From NCBI GenBank assembly GCA_001778695.1, contig MFHU01000003.1, positions 75,112 to 139,111 of the forward strand: a stretch of 64,000 bases of DNA, written 5' to 3'. This DNA comes from Candidatus Giovannonibacteria bacterium RIFCSPHIGHO2_12_FULL_44_22. GTDB lineage: Bacteria; Patescibacteriota; Minisyncoccia; UBA11713; 2-01-FULL-45-33. The position numbers and the translations under genes were made by a program. Shown in pieces: positions 61,659 through 64,000 of the stretch. Position 1 is the stretch's first letter. The number at the start of each line of letters is the position of its first letter. The notes under the pieces are model-generated. The model did not search any database. It was not told the origin of the DNA and saw nothing but the letters and a program-made list of their open reading frames with translations.

Positions 61659-62377
61659 TTTCCGTTATAGTGCCGGTTTACAATGAAGAAAAGACGATTG
61701 AAGAACTTCATCGCAAAATAGTTGAAACGCTGGGTCGGCAAAATGACGCCTACGAAATTATTTTTGTAAATGACGGATCTACTGATAAAACCTGTGAATT
61801 AGCCGCTAAATTGCGCCCACTAAAATTAATATCATTTGAAAAAAATTACGGCGAAACCATTGCTTTGGATGCCGGCATCTATGAAGCAAGCGGCGAGATA
61901 ATTGTTTTAATGGATGCGGATCTGCAGAATGACCCCGGAGATACGCGGTTTTTATTGCAAAAAATAAAAGAGGGATGCGATGTGGTTGTTGGCTGGCGTC
62001 TGACGAGAAATGATCCACTGTCTAGAATTTTATTCTCAAAATTCGCTAACGGTCTTGCGCGATTGGTTTTGGGATTAAATATTCACGATTTTGGTTGCGG
62101 CTTAAAAGCGTACAAAAGCGATTACATAAAAGATTTCCGCCTTTGGGGCAGGATGCAGGTTTTTTTGCCGGCCATAGCTAAGGCGAGGGGAGCGAAAATT
62201 TGCGAAGCAGTTGTTTCTCACAGTCCAAGAAAAATCGGTTTTTCAAAAATCAAAATGTCTGACATGATCAAGGGGGGTATAGGTTTATTGGGAATTTTGC
62301 CTTATAGATATTTTTTAAAACCTTACCGGATAGTGAGGCCAAGCTATGTCATCAAAGAAATTAAAGAAAATAAGTAA
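61655..62377 (+). CDS. GT2 glycosyltransferase
   Basis: PVYNEE, NDGSTD, MDADLQNDP. Confidence 0.88.
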   Translation: MISVIVPVYNEEKTIEELHRKIVETLGRQNDAYEIIFVNDGSTDKTCELAAKLRPLKLISFEKNYGETIALDAGIYEASGEIIVLMDADLQNDPGDTRFLLQKIKEGCDVVVGWRLTRNDPLSRILFSKFANGLARLVLGLNIHDFGCGLKAYKSDYIKDFRLWGRMQVFLPAIAKARGAKICEAVVSHSPRKIGFSKIKMSDMIKGGIGLLGILPYRYFLKPYRIVRPSYVIKEIKENK

Positions 62378-63479
62378 AAAAAATCCTGAATTAGCCATTA
62401 TCGGCGGCGGGATTTTTGGAACAACCTGCGCTATCATTTTAGGCAGATATTTCTCGGTTACTTTGTTTGAGAAAAATTCAGATATTTTTGGAGAGGCTAC
62501 TTGGGCCAACCAATACCGGCATCACTACGGATTTCATTATCCGAGAAGTGTTGCTACGATCAATGAGATTAAGAGAACCAGAAAAGATTTTGAGAAATTT
62601 TACAAAAGTATAATTGTAAGCGTCCCAAGTTATTATTGCGTTTCAAAAACTGGTTCAAATGTTTCGCCGGGAAAATATTTGGGAATTTTCAAGAGATTAA
62701 GGATTCCATACAAATTGGAATATCCACCGCGCGAGTTTTTAAATAGAAGCGCGGTCAGCGTTTGTATCCGCGCGCCGGAGGCCGTGTATGACTATAAAAA
62801 ACTGAAAAACTTTGTCAAAAAAAAGATAGGCACGAATGAAAACATACGGCTCGCGCTCGGTTGTGAGATAATCAGGGCAAAGTTGGACGATGACGGAGCG
62901 AAAATACTCAAAATTAAAAACAAAAATCGGATTTACGATAAAAGATTTGATTATGTTATAAACGCTACTTATGCGCGGCACAATAATTTTTGCAGTTGGC
63001 TTGGTTTCCCGGGAAAGCGCCTACGTTTCAGGCTCAAAGAATTGCCTTTGCTAAAGCTGAACACAAAACAAAGATGCGCTGTTACTATAATGGACGGGCC
63101 TTTTGCCACAATTCTGCCGGTCGGCGAGTCAAAAAATCTTTATACTTTGGGCGATGTGCCGCTCTCCGTGCACCGTAGTGTCACAGGCGTTAAAAGTTCT
63201 TCGGTAGACGATGCTCGCTGGGGTAATTACCGGTCTCGTTGGCGGGAGATGAAAAAGAGGTGCGCCCAATGGTTTCCCGCCATAAAAAACGCCCGCTACG
63301 CTGGGTCTATGTTTGTTATTCTTCCCACCGAAGCCGGCGCGGACGCGACAGACGCCAGGAATACTGACGTTGTGCGGCATGGCCACGGTTGCTGGTCTAT
63401 TTTCAGCGGGAAGATTCTGACTGCGGTTGCGGCGGCAAATAAAATACTCGCAGATATTAAAAAAGACTTGAATAAATAA
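62346..63479 (+). CDS. FAD-dependent oxidoreductase
   Basis: IIGGGIFG, H.GFHYPRS, MDGPF, SGK. Confidence 0.82.
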   Translation: MSSKKLKKISKKNPELAIIGGGIFGTTCAIILGRYFSVTLFEKNSDIFGEATWANQYRHHYGFHYPRSVATINEIKRTRKDFEKFYKSIIVSVPSYYCVSKTGSNVSPGKYLGIFKRLRIPYKLEYPPREFLNRSAVSVCIRAPEAVYDYKKLKNFVKKKIGTNENIRLALGCEIIRAKLDDDGAKILKIKNKNRIYDKRFDYVINATYARHNNFCSWLGFPGKRLRFRLKELPLLKLNTKQRCAVTIMDGPFATILPVGESKNLYTLGDVPLSVHRSVTGVKSSSVDDARWGNYRSRWREMKKRCAQWFPAIKNARYAGSMFVILPTEAGADATDARNTDVVRHGHGCWSIFSGKILTAVAAANKILADIKKDLNK

Positions 63480-64000
63480 TGGATCACATCAATTACTGCA
63501 AACAATTTTTGAAAGCGGGCGGCAGGATTTTGGATATCGGCGCCGGACGGGGTAAATTTTTGGCTGGGATGGCTGAGCTCGGTTTTGAAGTTTACGGTGT
63601 TGAAACCAACCCCGAGTATATTGGAGGGTATGTGCTCGGAACGCGGGCGGAAGAATTGCCTTTTGAAGACGCGAGTTTTGATTTTGTAAATTGCGCCGAA
63701 GTCAGCGAACATGTGGATGACCCGATAAAAATGCTTAAAGAAATTTTCCGCGTTTTGAAGCCCGGAGGCAGGTGCTACATAAGTTTTCACAACCGCTGGG
63801 GTGTTTACGACTATCATTACCATTTGTATTTTATCAATTGGCTGCCTCGGCGATTGGCAGAGTTTTTTCTAAAATTATTGGGCAAGCAAAAAAAAGACGG
63901 CGGTGCGGGGCGGCAGAAACTTGAAACTATGCACTATTTCACGTTCTGCAAAATTAAAAACATGCTTAAGTCTTTTGGATTTATCTATAAAGACATCAGA
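63479..64000 (+). CDS. Class I SAM-dependent methyltransferase (runs off window)
   Basis: Manual translation: MDHINYCK..ILDIGAGRG..LPFEDASFDFV..EHV..RVLKPGG. Confidence 0.85.
   Translation, partial: MDHINYCKQFLKAGGRILDIGAGRGKFLAGMAELGFEVYGVETNPEYIGGYVLGTRAEELPFEDASFDFVNCAEVSEHVDDPIKMLKEIFRVLKPGGRCYISFHNRWGVYDYHYHLYFINWLPRRLAEFFLKLLGKQKKDGGAGRQKLETMHYFTFCKIKNMLKSFGFIYKDIR

Overview
This window is from a small-genome bacterium, most consistent with Patescibacteria/CPR (Parcubacteria-like; inference from gene content, compact packing, and rplK not followed by rplA). The first 27 kb holds housekeeping genes (mfd 3' part, rpsA, ligA, gatCA, csp, monomeric PheRS, gyrB, secE-nusG-rplK, secD), tRNAs, a Fic gene, a lytic transglycosylase and a dcd / MtrA-ThyA-DUF4346 / dcd-dut pyrimidine cluster. 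From 27.3 kb to the end is one large surface-glycosylation locus (GT4, GT2, GT-C, methyltransferases, a GDP-heptose pathway with transaldolase, B12 radical SAM, DegT aminotransferase). The most unusual signals are below gene scale. (1) A complete tRNA-Asp(GTC) is nested inside a 13-bp inverted-repeat element that interrupts the anticodon loop of a second Asp-like tRNA. (2) Several families of 18-36 bp palindromes sit in frame inside ligA, gatA, gyrB, secD, asnB and glycosyltransferase genes, and one family shares arms with the tRNA insert. (3) A PaaX/Cas2-like gene is bracketed by two 38-bp dyad-symmetric repeats. (4) A 134-bp MITE-like element has an ATGA target duplication at a stop/start overlap. 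All functional calls rest on motif recognition by eye; no database searches were run.
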